Positions 42,473 through 51,634 of a stretch of 64,000 bases of DNA are shown piece after piece. Origin of the DNA: Anaeromyxobacteraceae bacterium (lineage in GTDB: Bacteria > Myxococcota > Myxococcia > Myxococcales > Anaeromyxobacteraceae); assembly GCA_047602405.1 (NCBI GenBank), contig JASGHJ010000002.1, positions 3,168,001 to 3,232,000 of the forward strand, written 5' to 3'. Numbering within the stretch: the first letter of the stretch is position 1; every line of letters starts with the position of its first letter. The notes below the pieces were generated by a model. That model was not told the DNA's origin. It did no database searches and was given only the letters and a program-made list of their open reading frames with translations. The position numbers were made by a program, and so were the translations under genes.

Positions 42473-43615
42473 ATGGCCCGCTCCCGCCTGACCGCTCTCG
42501 CGCCGCTCGCCGCGGCGCTCACCCTCGCCTGCGCCCGGCCTCCCGACGGCGCCACCGCCTCGAGCGCCGACGGCCTCGGCGGCGGACGCCCGCCCCGCGC
42601 GCCGACCGTCACGGCGCAGGCGAGCGGCACCCCGAACGGCCTCATCGCCGTGAGCGCGGTGAACGACCGGGTCGCGTGGGCGGCCGGGCGGGCCGGCACG
42701 TACGCGGTGACGACCGACGGCGGCGATCACTGGCGCGCGGGGGTCGTCCCGGGCGCGGAGGCGTTGCAGTTCCGCGACGTCGAGGCCGTGAGCGCCCGCA
42801 CCGCGTACCTCCTCTCCATCGGCACCGGCACCGACTCGCGCATCTACAGGACCGAGGACGGCGGCGCGACCTGGGCGATGCAGTTCCAGAACACGAACCC
42901 GGACGCGTTCTACGACTGCTTCGCGTTCTGGGGGCGCGACCGCGGGTTCGCGATGTCCGACTCGGTCGCCGGGGTGTGGCCGTTCGTGCGTACGCTCGAC
43001 GGCACGAGCTGGCAGAGCATCGCCGCGAACATGCCACCCGCGCTGCCGGGCGAGGCGGGCTTTGCGTCGAGCGGCACCTGCGCCGCCACGCAGGGGCGCC
43101 GGAACGGCTGGTTCGTGACCGGCGGCGTGGCGCCGGCCCGGATCATCGCCACCCGCGACGGCGGCGAGAGCTGGACCGCCTACACCTCGCCGATCCCGGG
43201 CTCGCCCTCGGGCGGCAACTTCAGCGTCGCGTTCCGCGACGGCCGCCACGGCGCGGTGGCAGGCGGCGACCTCGACCCCGCCGCGCCTCCGGCGCCCACG
43301 TTCGCGACCAGCGCCGACGGCGGCGCGACCTGGACGGCGCGCACCAACCCGCCGGTCGGCGTCGTCTTCGGCATCGCGTACGTCTCCGGGGACGGCCGCG
43401 GCGACGGCGACGACGAGGACGGCGACGACGATGGCGGCCCCTACCGGCGCGCCGTGGTCGCGACCGGCCCCGGCGGCACCGCGTGGTCCACCGACGAGGG
43501 CGCCACGTGGCAGGCGATCCCGGACGTCACGGGCTGCTGGGCGACGACCTTCTCGAGCCCGCGCGCCGGGTGGCTCGCCTGCACCGGCGGCCGGATCTTC
43601 AAGGTGAGCTTCTAG
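42473..43615 (+). CDS. Ycf48/BNR-repeat beta-propeller lipoprotein
   Basis: TLAC lipobox; repeated TxDGGxxW Asp-boxes; FRDVEA, GEAGFASSGT. Confidence 0.88.
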   Translation: MARSRLTALAPLAAALTLACARPPDGATASSADGLGGGRPPRAPTVTAQASGTPNGLIAVSAVNDRVAWAAGRAGTYAVTTDGGDHWRAGVVPGAEALQFRDVEAVSARTAYLLSIGTGTDSRIYRTEDGGATWAMQFQNTNPDAFYDCFAFWGRDRGFAMSDSVAGVWPFVRTLDGTSWQSIAANMPPALPGEAGFASSGTCAATQGRRNGWFVTGGVAPARIIATRDGGESWTAYTSPIPGSPSGGNFSVAFRDGRHGAVAGGDLDPAAPPAPTFATSADGGATWTARTNPPVGVVFGIAYVSGDGRGDGDDEDGDDDGGPYRRAVVATGPGGTAWSTDEGATWQAIPDVTGCWATTFSSPRAGWLACTGGRIFKVSF

Positions 43616-43989
43616 GCGCTGAAGGCCGAGGCCTGGGACGACGGCGCGCCCTCCTTCGGGTTCGGGCCGTACTCGTTCGTCCCCGGCTTCGAGTCCTGCG
43701 CCATGAAGATGATGAGCACGATGAGCCCGATCACCGGCACGAAGCCGATCAGGATCCACCAGCCGCTGCGGCTGGTGTCGTGCAGGCGGCGCACCGTCAC
43801 GGCGAGGCTGGGGAGGAGCACGCCGAGGCTGTAGAGCGTGCCCAGGAACAGCGTGCCGAGCACCCCGTCGACGAGCATCAACCCGACGCTCACCGCGAGG
43901 TTGATGAGCAGGAACATCCAGTACTCGGTGCGGCGCGCGCGACCGTTGAACTCCACGTACTTCTTGAGCACGCCCAGGTACCAGTCCAT
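43612..43989 (-). CDS. DUF805 membrane protein
   Basis: FNGRARRTEYW, AVTVRRLHDT, NEYGPNP. Confidence 0.93.
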   Translation of the reverse strand: MDWYLGVLKKYVEFNGRARRTEYWMFLLINLAVSVGLMLVDGVLGTLFLGTLYSLGVLLPSLAVTVRRLHDTSRSGWWILIGFVPVIGLIVLIIFMAQDSKPGTNEYGPNPKEGAPSSQASAFSA

Positions 43990-44123
43990 CGAAGTCCCCT
44001 TTCCCTCTCCCAGGGTGGCCCGCCGAGCGCACGCACGGCGCAGGTTCACCGAAGGTGGGCGATGTTAGGGGTCCGGGTTCCGCGCCGGCAAGCGACGAGT
44101 CGGCGGGAACCCGGCAGGGTCGT

Positions 44124-45755
44124 CTACGGCCAGTAGCGGGAGACGGCGAAGTCGTTGTTCGAGCCGTTCGCGCCGCCGGCGAGCAGGATGCGGGTGGTCG
44201 GCACCCGCTCGTCCGGCTGGAGGGCCAGCGCGTGCGCGGCGTCGCTCTTCGCGCCGGCGACCGGGGTCACGGTGCGGCCCGCGGCGCCGAAGCCGGCGTC
44301 GGGCTTCCCGTCCTCGAGGAACCGGAGCACGGCGAAGTCCGCCGACGAGCCCGCCCCCGAGTACACCCAGCCGCCGGCGACGACGCGTCCGTCGGCCTGG
44401 ACCGCGACCGCCGTCGCCTCGTCCCAGTTCGTCGCGCTCACCGGCGCGACGATCTTGCCCGCCGCGCCGAAGCCGGCGTCCGGCGCGCCCGCCCCGTCGA
44501 GGCGGAGGAGCGCGAAGTCGTGCCCGGCGTGGCCCGCCACGACGACCTTGCCGTCGGGCTGCACCGTGAGCGCGTACGCCGAGCCGATGGAGGTGCCGAA
44601 CACGTTCGAGACGAGCCCGTCGCCCGCGAACGAGGCGTCGAGCGCCCCCGCCGCGGTGTACCGGGCCACCACGAAGTCGCCCTCGCCCCCCGCGACGACG
44701 ATGCGGGTCTCGCCGTCCACCGCCGCGAGCGCGACCGCGTAGGCGACGTCGCTGCCGGTGCCGGACTTCACCGGCGTCGTCACGAAGCCCTTCCCGCCCG
44801 CGAAGGCGGCGTCCGGGGCGCCCCCGGCGGTGAGCCGCGCGACCGCGAGGTCCTGGCCGGAGAGGTCCTGGGCGCTGTCGCCGGCGACCACGATCTTGCC
44901 GTCGGGCTGCACCGCGACGGCGCGGGCCTTGTCGACCCCGTTCCCGAGCGCGACGAGCGCGCGGCCCTGCGCGCCGAAGGCCGGGTCGGGCTGGCCGTCG
45001 GAGAGGAGGCGCACGACGAGGAAGTCGGTGCCGCTCCCGCCGCCGTCGGCGTGCCCGGCGAGGACGATCTTGCCGTCGGGCTGCAGCGCGATCGCGAGCG
45101 CCTTCGAGTCGCCGTTCCCGGCCTCGACGACCACCTTGCCCCCCTGGCCGAAGCCCGCGTCGAGCGCGCCGTCGCGGTCGTAGCGCACCACCGCGACGTC
45201 GGTGCCGGACACGCCGGTCGTCGAGCCCGCGACGACGATCTTCCCGTCGGGCTGCACCGCGATCGCCTCGGCGAAGTCCTCGCCGAGGCCGACCGGGGTC
45301 ACGACGGCGCCGCCGCCGAAGCTCGTGTCGAGGCTGCCGGCCGTGCCGAAGACGGTGACGCTCGCGGTGCGCGTGGCGGAGTCCGCGCCGGAGGTGCCCT
45401 TCACGGTGACGGGGGTGGGCAGGGAGTGCGGCGCGCCGGTCGCCGCCACGAAGGCGAGGTCGGCGGAGGTGGCGTTCGCGGCGATCGTCGCGGCCGGCAC
45501 GGTCACGCCGGCGGGGAGGCCGCTCGTCGAGAGCTCGATGGCGCCGGTGAAGCCGGCGGAGCGCACCGCGGTCACCGTGAGCGAGGCGATGGCGCCCTGG
45601 CCGACCGGCACGAGGGTGCGCTCGAGCTCGAGGGTGAACGCGGCGGGCGCGGGGCCCGGCCCGGGGCCGGGCGGGGGGGAGCCGCCGGAGTCCCCGCCGC
45701 CACAGGCGGCGAGGGCGAGCGAGGCGGCGAGGACGGCGTGCTGCAGGGGCTTCAT
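44124..45755 (-). CDS. Delta-60 repeat surface lipoprotein
   Basis: LAAC lipobox; repeated AVQPDGKIVVAG...DFAVxR...G.LD.xFG. Confidence 0.88.
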   Translation of the reverse strand: MKPLQHAVLAASLALAACGGGDSGGSPPPGPGPGPAPAAFTLELERTLVPVGQGAIASLTVTAVRSAGFTGAIELSTSGLPAGVTVPAATIAANATSADLAFVAATGAPHSLPTPVTVKGTSGADSATRTASVTVFGTAGSLDTSFGGGAVVTPVGLGEDFAEAIAVQPDGKIVVAGSTTGVSGTDVAVVRYDRDGALDAGFGQGGKVVVEAGNGDSKALAIALQPDGKIVLAGHADGGGSGTDFLVVRLLSDGQPDPAFGAQGRALVALGNGVDKARAVAVQPDGKIVVAGDSAQDLSGQDLAVARLTAGGAPDAAFAGGKGFVTTPVKSGTGSDVAYAVALAAVDGETRIVVAGGEGDFVVARYTAAGALDASFAGDGLVSNVFGTSIGSAYALTVQPDGKVVVAGHAGHDFALLRLDGAGAPDAGFGAAGKIVAPVSATNWDEATAVAVQADGRVVAGGWVYSGAGSSADFAVLRFLEDGKPDAGFGAAGRTVTPVAGAKSDAAHALALQPDERVPTTRILLAGGANGSNNDFAVSRYWP

Positions 45756-45901
45756 GTTCGGTCTTCCTTCCGAGGGGTCGTTTGAGCGCCCGAGTACGGC
45801 GAGCGCGGGCGTATCTTTCCTGCCCGTGCGGGTGCGCGGATCCTCAGAAGTCCCTCCGTCGATCTTGAGAGTTTCCTAAGCGCCCCCTCGAAGGGGGACC
45901 T

Positions 45902-47071
45902 TCACGTTCCGGCGATCGCGGGCGCCGGGCGCGGCGGCTCGATCCGGGTCCCCCTGCGGACCACGATCCGGTTGCCGCGCCAGGCGACGTCGCGGCGCAG
46001 GAGCCCCCACAGCCACGCGCCGCCGAGCACGAGGTCCTTCGCGGGCGCGAGCGCGAGGTGGCGGAGCCTCAGCCCGTGCCCGCGCAGGCGGGCCGCCATC
46101 GCGCCGTCGAGCACCGCCTTCGCGAGCGCGACCGCCCCCGCGAAGGCGAGCGTCGCGGCGCCCGGCTCGACGACCAGCGCCGCCGCCGCGAGCGCGGTCG
46201 GGTTGAGGAGGAGCTGGCCGACGTACGCGGCCTCGCCCACCGCCTGGCGCTGGAGCACCGCCCACCGCGCGTACCGCGCCGCGAAGCACCGCACCGACCG
46301 CCGGGCGCTCGGGTTCAGGATGGGCGCGTGCGAGACGGCGACGCGCTTCCCGAGCACGCGGCCCACCCGGGCGCCGAGCACCCAGTCCTCGGCGAGCACG
46401 TCCTTCACCGACTCGAACCCGCCGAGCGCCTCGAGGTCCTCCCGGCGGAGCGCCATCGACTTCCCCACCACGAAGTCGTGGCCGGCGAGGCGCTTCGCGG
46501 CCACCACGCCGGCCGCGATGGCCGAGGCGAGGTGGAGGTGGTCCATGGCGGAGCCGGCCCGCTCCTCGTCGACGCCCGCGATCGCGTGGGTGACGAGGCC
46601 CACCTCCGGGTCCTCGAGCAGCGCGGCGATCCCGGCGAGGTAACCCGGCGGGACCCGCACGTTCGAGTCCGAGACGACGAGCACGCCGTGCCGGGCCTCG
46701 CGCGCGAGGGTGACGAGCTGGTTCACCTTCGGGTTCATGCCCGGCTCGCCGCGCTGCACGACGAGGCGGAAGCGCCCCGGCCACCGGCGCAGGGCCTCGC
46801 GCGCGGCCGGCACGGCGTCGTCGTCGAGCGAGCGGACGCCGAGCAGGACCTCGTAGGCCGGGTGCTCCTGGCGCGCGAACGAGGCGAGGTTCTCGAGGAG
46901 CCCCTCGTCGAGGCCGCACAGCGGCTTCAGCACCGAGACCGGCGCGAGCGCACCGCGCGGCGCGGGGTCCCGGCCGCGGAGGTGCAGGCGGAGGAGGAGG
47001 TGCGTGACCGCCACGAGCAGGAGCCCGGTGCAGGCGGCGGCGAGGAGCGCGTTCGACAGGGAGGTGAGCAG
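45902..47071 (-). CDS. GT21 ceramide glucosyltransferase/HpnI-like glycosyltransferase; apparent CTG start
   Basis: VSVLKPLCG, NPKVNQL, SDSNV, LAED, RYARW, WRG; AGGAGG 5 nt before CTG 47071. Confidence 0.85.
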   Translation of the reverse strand: MLTSLSNALLAAACTGLLLVAVTHLLLRLHLRGRDPAPRGALAPVSVLKPLCGLDEGLLENLASFARQEHPAYEVLLGVRSLDDDAVPAAREALRRWPGRFRLVVQRGEPGMNPKVNQLVTLAREARHGVLVVSDSNVRVPPGYLAGIAALLEDPEVGLVTHAIAGVDEERAGSAMDHLHLASAIAAGVVAAKRLAGHDFVVGKSMALRREDLEALGGFESVKDVLAEDWVLGARVGRVLGKRVAVSHAPILNPSARRSVRCFAARYARWAVLQRQAVGEAAYVGQLLLNPTALAAAALVVEPGAATLAFAGAVALAKAVLDGAMAARLRGHGLRLRHLALAPAKDLVLGGAWLWGLLRRDVAWRGNRIVVRRGTRIEPPRPAPAIAGT

Positions 47072-47082
47072 GGAGGCCTCCT

Positions 47083-47841
47083 TCAGGCGGCGACCGGGGC
47101 CGCGATGGAGAGCTCGAGCCAGCGCTCGGAGACGATCCGGCCGCCGGCGTGGCCGACGAGCCGCGCCCGCCCGAGCTCCGGGGTCGAGCCGGCGTTGAGG
47201 ATGCGGAGCGGCCGGCCGGCGAGCGACGGCAGCGTGAAGGAGGCCTCCGCGTGGCGGTGGCCGTGGGCGACGAGATCGCAGCGCCCGCGGAGCGCGGCGG
47301 CGAGCTCGCGCCCGAGCCCGAGCTCGCTCGCGTGCGGCCAGCCGAGCCAGGTCACGAGCCGCTCGCCGAGGTGGTCCGCCGGGAGGCGCACGAGGTGGTG
47401 GTGGAGCGCGAGCGCCACGAGCGCGCCGCGCGGCGCCGCGGCGACCGCGCCCTCCACGGCCTCGATGTCCTCCCAGCCGAGCTGGCCGTGGGCGCTCACG
47501 AGGTCGCGGTTGTGGGGCGCCGTCGAGTCGAGCCGCACGACGTGCAGCCCCGGGCGCGCGACCACGTCCACGCGCGCCCCCCGCATCACGCGCTCGCCGG
47601 CGTCCTCGCCGAGCCGGTCGTGGTTGCCGGGCACGACGATCATGCGGTCGGCCACGGGCTCGAACGCGTCGAGGAAGGCGAGGTACTCCCGGTGTCGTCC
47701 CCGGTGCGTCACGTCCCCGGTCACGAGCACGTCGTCGACGCCCGCTTCGGCGAGCGTACGCCCGAGCGCGCGGGTCCGGGCGTCGGTCTTCTCGTCGCGC
47801 CCGACGTGGAGATCCGAGACGTGTGCGAGGGTCCGTTCCAG
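47083..47841 (-). CDS. Calcineurin-like metallophosphoesterase; apparent CTG start
   Basis: AHVSDLH (upstream of the ORF-track start), TGDVT, PGNHD, LHHH, GHRH; GAGGAGGAG 7 nt before CTG 47841. Confidence 0.88.
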   Translation of the reverse strand: MERTLAHVSDLHVGRDEKTDARTRALGRTLAEAGVDDVLVTGDVTHRGRHREYLAFLDAFEPVADRMIVVPGNHDRLGEDAGERVMRGARVDVVARPGLHVVRLDSTAPHNRDLVSAHGQLGWEDIEAVEGAVAAAPRGALVALALHHHLVRLPADHLGERLVTWLGWPHASELGLGRELAAALRGRCDLVAHGHRHAEASFTLPSLAGRPLRILNAGSTPELGRARLVGHAGGRIVSERWLELSIAAPVAA

Positions 47842-47907
47842 GCGTTCGCTCCTCCTCGCCCGCGGAGTCTGGACGCCCTCCGTGACGGGGAGCGGTCGGC
47901 CGGAGCG

Positions 47908-48019
47908 CGTTCGCGTGAACTCTCCCCGGGAGCGGAGCCCTGTCTCCCGAGTCGGAGACGGCGACCCACCGGTGCACGGAGACCCACTCCGTCGCGCCCC
48001 GCTCGGGGATTCACGAACG
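47908..48019 (-). ncRNA. Candidate structured cis-regulatory leader RNA
   Basis: Long closing stem plus internal hairpins; see findings. Confidence 0.4.
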
Positions 48020-48250
48020 GTCCAGGCAAGTGAAAATTACTGAAGGGACCCGGTAACAAAGCGCAGGGCCTGCGCAGATCGCGACAGGCTGTCTACCCCA
48101 AAAAGACGTTTTGATATCGAGGCCTTGTAGCGCACCCAACATGGATTCCCGTGTCCTTCGGGCATGGTGCAGGGGCAACGTTTGCTTTCGCCGCCTCGTC
48201 CGGGTCGCGCACGGATCCGTCCGGGCGCGCTTCTTGAAGAAGCCACCCCC

Positions 48251-48430
48251 GTGGACGCGATCTTCCAGGTGCTCGCGACGGTGGCGACGGTCCTCGGGAT
48301 CTGGACCGCGGCCTCCGTGGTCGCGACGCCGGTGTTCGTGCTCGCGCTCCGCTCGACCGCGCGGATCAACGCGCGCTTCGACCAGGAGGCCCGCCGCGAC
48401 GCGTGGCTGTCCGCGTCGAACGAGGCGTGA
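48251..48430 (+). CDS. Small single-TM protein
   Basis: 59 aa (M)DAIFQVLATVATVLGIWTAASVVATPVFVLAL...; high GC3. Confidence 0.6.
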   Translation: MDAIFQVLATVATVLGIWTAASVVATPVFVLALRSTARINARFDQEARRDAWLSASNEA

Positions 48431-48438
48431 GCCGCGCC

Positions 48439-50511
48439 TCAGGCCGACGCCGCCGCTCCATCCCCCGCCGGTTGCAGCATCCACCGCGCCGCCGCGACCG
48501 CCTCGCCGCTGCCGGCGAGCGCGAGCACGTCGCCCGCGCGCAGCACCTCGCGCGCGGACGGCACGGTCACCGCGGCGTCGGGCCGCCAGATCGCGAGCAC
48601 GGTCGCGCCGGTGAGGCCGCGCAGGTCGAGCTCCGCGAGGGAGCGCCCGCAGGCCGGGCTCGCGGGCACGATCCGCACGGCGACGGGATCGCCGAGCCCC
48701 GGGAAGAGCGCGCGGACCTGGGCCATGGGATCGCCGGCCCCGTCGGGCCGCGCCTGCCGCGCGAGGGCCTCCACCATGGCCTGCGCGCTCGCCTTCACGT
48801 GCCCCTGCAGGCCGGTGGCGCCGCGCCAGACCGCGACGCCGAGCACGGCGAGGAGGAGCGCCACGAACGCCGCGCCGGGCGCGCCGGGGAGGAACGGCTG
48901 GGTGACCGCGACGACGGGCGCGCTGACGGCGAGCACGGTGGCGAGCTGGATCGTGAGCGCGAGCGTGCGGCGCGGCGCGGCCCCGAGGTCCGCCTTGCCC
49001 ACCTCCGCCCCCGGGAGCGCGCTCGCGGCGAGCGCCTCGCCGAACCTGCGGGCGTTCCGCAGGATGCCCACGAGGAACGGCAGCGCCGCGGCCGCCGCGA
49101 GCACCGCCACGCCCCAGCGCACCACGCGGAGGTCCGCCTCGAGCCGCGCCGCGATCGCCGCCGCGGCGCGGTCGGCCGCGAGCGCGGCGCCGACGACGAG
49201 CGCCGCCACGACCGCCGCGTCGATCGCGAGCACGCGCAGCGCCCGGCGGGTGGCGGCCGCCGCGGTGCCCCCGGCGGGCGCCTGCCGCACGCGCTCGAGC
49301 CAGCTGCCGTAGAGCGAGGCCACCGTCTGGAGCGGGCGGGGCAGCCGCCGGTCGACCCAGGACGCCGCCGGGCCCGACGCGCGGATGAGCCACGGCGTCG
49401 TGAGGGTGGTGATGGCCGACACCGAGACCGCGACCGGGTAGAGGAAGTCGCGCGTCGCGCCGAGCGAGAGCCCGAGGCCGGCGATGATGAAGGAGAACTC
49501 GCCGATCTGCGCGAGGCTCATGGCGGCCTGCACCGAGGTGCGGGTGCCCTGCCCGGTCAGGAACGCGCCCGCCGTGACGCCGACGAGCTTCCCGCCGAGC
49601 ACGATGCCGGTGAAGATCGCGATGGCGCCGGCGTGGCGGGCGAGCAGCCCGAAGTCGAGCATCATCCCGACCGAGACGAAGAACACCGCCGCGAACACGT
49701 CGCGCACGGGCTGCACGAGCTCCTCGATGGCGTGCGCCTCGCCGGACTCGGCGACGAGTGACCCGGCGATGAACGCGCCGAGCGCGACCGAGTAGCCGAC
49801 CTCCTGCGCGAGCAGCGCCACCCCGAAGCAGAGCCCGAGGACCGCCACCAGCGTCGTCTCGGGCCGGCCGATGCGCCGGACCCAGCGCACCGCCCGCGGC
49901 ACGACGAGCATGCCGGCGCCGAGCAGCACCACGAGGAAGCCGACGAGCCGCGCCAGCGTCACGAGGAGCGCGTCCGCGGAGAGCCCGGCGCCCTTCGCGA
50001 GCGTGGTGAGGAGGGCCATGAGGAGGATCGCGACGAGGTCCTCGACCACGAGCACCCCGACCACGAGGTCGCGCAGCCGCCCCTTCACCCCGAGCTCGTC
50101 GAACGCCTTCGCGATGATGGTGGTGGAGGAGATCGCCACCGCCGCCCCGGCGAAGAGGCTCTCGAGCACCGTCCAGCCCAGCAGCCGCCCCGCCACGAAG
50201 CCGAGCCAGAGCACGAGGCTCGACTGCACGATCGCGGTCACCCCCGCGGTCGGCCCGACCTTGACGAGCTTCCCGAGGCTGAACTCGAGGCCGAGCGCGA
50301 ACATCAGCAGGATGACGCCCAGCTCGGAGAGCGTCTGCACGATGGCCGGGTCGGCGACGAGCGGGATCGGGACGTGCGGCCCGACGACGATGCCCGCGAG
50401 GACGTACCCGAGCACCACCGGCTGGCGGAGCTTCTGGAAGAGCACGGTGGTCACCGCGGCCACGCCGAGGACGACGGTGAGGGCGACGAGGAAGTCGTGG
50501 GCGCCGTGCAT
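48439..50511 (-). CDS. CPA2 cation:proton antiporter with TrkA-C domain
   Basis: PVVLGYVLAG, LMFALGLEFS, AISSTTII, LVVEDL, AQIGEFSFII; C-terminal LDLRGLTGATVLAI. Confidence 0.92.
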   Translation of the reverse strand: MHGAHDFLVALTVVLGVAAVTTVLFQKLRQPVVLGYVLAGIVVGPHVPIPLVADPAIVQTLSELGVILLMFALGLEFSLGKLVKVGPTAGVTAIVQSSLVLWLGFVAGRLLGWTVLESLFAGAAVAISSTTIIAKAFDELGVKGRLRDLVVGVLVVEDLVAILLMALLTTLAKGAGLSADALLVTLARLVGFLVVLLGAGMLVVPRAVRWVRRIGRPETTLVAVLGLCFGVALLAQEVGYSVALGAFIAGSLVAESGEAHAIEELVQPVRDVFAAVFFVSVGMMLDFGLLARHAGAIAIFTGIVLGGKLVGVTAGAFLTGQGTRTSVQAAMSLAQIGEFSFIIAGLGLSLGATRDFLYPVAVSVSAITTLTTPWLIRASGPAASWVDRRLPRPLQTVASLYGSWLERVRQAPAGGTAAAATRRALRVLAIDAAVVAALVVGAALAADRAAAAIAARLEADLRVVRWGVAVLAAAAALPFLVGILRNARRFGEALAASALPGAEVGKADLGAAPRRTLALTIQLATVLAVSAPVVAVTQPFLPGAPGAAFVALLLAVLGVAVWRGATGLQGHVKASAQAMVEALARQARPDGAGDPMAQVRALFPGLGDPVAVRIVPASPACGRSLAELDLRGLTGATVLAIWRPDAAVTVPSAREVLRAGDVLALAGSGEAVAAARWMLQPAGDGAAASA

Positions 50512-50596
50512 CGCGGCGCCAGGTGTAACGCATCTGCGCGGCGCACGCCCGCTCGATCGCTGCGCCCCGGCCGGAGGCTTCACAACCTGTCTCTTG

Positions 50597-51634
50597 ATGG
50601 CCGGCGCGCTCGCCCACGTGGTCCGAAGCTTCCTCGGCCCGCGCGGGCGGCGCCGGCCACTCCGCGAGCAGGTCGTGGTCGTGACCGGCGCCTCGTCCGG
50701 CGTGGGCCGCGCGATCGCGCGCGCGTTCGGGGCGAAGGGCGCGCGGGTGGGGCTCGTCGCCCGCAACGCCGGGGCGCTGGAGCGCGCCGCCGAGGAGATC
50801 CGGGCGTCCGGTGGCCGGGCGCTCGCCCTCCCCCTCGACGTCGCCGACGCCGCGGCGGTCGAGGGCGCCGCCGCCGAGGTGGAGCGGCGGCTCGGCCCCA
50901 TCGACACCTGGGTGAACGACGCGATGGTCTCGGTCTTCGCGCCGGCGCTCGAGATCACGCCCGACGAGTTCCGGCGCGTGACCGAGGTGACCTACCTCGG
51001 CTACGTGCACGGCACCCTGGCCGCGCTCCGCCGGATGGTGCCCCGCGACGACGGCCTCGTGATCCAGATCGGCTCCGCCCTCGCCTACCGCTCCATCCCG
51101 CTCCAGAGCGCCTACTGCGCCGCGAAGGCCGCGGTGCGCGGGTTCACCGACTCGGTGCGCTCCGAGCTCATCCACGCGCGGAGCAGGGTCCGCCTCTCGC
51201 ACCTGCACCTCCCGGCCGTGAACACGCCGCAGTTCGACGTGGTCCGCTCGCGCCTGCCGCGCGAGGGGCGCCCGGTGGGCGCGGTCTTCCAGCCGGAGCT
51301 GGTCGCGCGGGCCTGCCTGCGCGTCGCCGAGCGCCCGGTCCGCGAGCTCTGGATCGCGGGCTCGACCGTGAAGGCCATCGCCGGCCAGCGCCTCGCGGCG
51401 CCCTACGCCGACTGGCGCCTCGCCTCGATGGCCTGGGACGGACAGATGACGGACCGGCCGCGCCGGCCGCGGCCGGACAACCTCTTCGAGACGATGCCCG
51501 GCGATCGCGGCGCCCGCGGCCGGTTCGACCGAGAGGCGCGCGGGTTCTCGCTGGAGCTGTTCGCGCGGTTGCACCCGGTGCTCACGGCGGTCGCCCTCGC
51601 CGCGAGCGCCCGGGTCATCGCGAGGGCCGTCTGA
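50597..51634 (+). CDS. Short-chain dehydrogenase/reductase
   Basis: TGASSGVG, YCAAK. Confidence 0.92.
   Translation: MAGALAHVVRSFLGPRGRRRPLREQVVVVTGASSGVGRAIARAFGAKGARVGLVARNAGALERAAEEIRASGGRALALPLDVADAAAVEGAAAEVERRLGPIDTWVNDAMVSVFAPALEITPDEFRRVTEVTYLGYVHGTLAALRRMVPRDDGLVIQIGSALAYRSIPLQSAYCAAKAAVRGFTDSVRSELIHARSRVRLSHLHLPAVNTPQFDVVRSRLPREGRPVGAVFQPELVARACLRVAERPVRELWIAGSTVKAIAGQRLAAPYADWRLASMAWDGQMTDRPRRPRPDNLFETMPGDRGARGRFDREARGFSLELFARLHPVLTAVALAASARVIARAV

Noticed and set aside
45883..45897. Terminator after the GT21 gene
   Set aside because: Only a 6-bp stem with no U-tract; too weak to call.
47860..48030. c-di-AMP, c-di-GMP/cGAMP, ZTP or cobalamin riboswitch, or SRP RNA
   Set aside because: The core consensus motifs of these families are not recognisable by eye; kept as an unknown structure.
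48171..48186. Sigma-54 promoter (GG-N10-GC)
   Set aside because: Spacing fits but the -24 element deviates strongly from TGGCAC.
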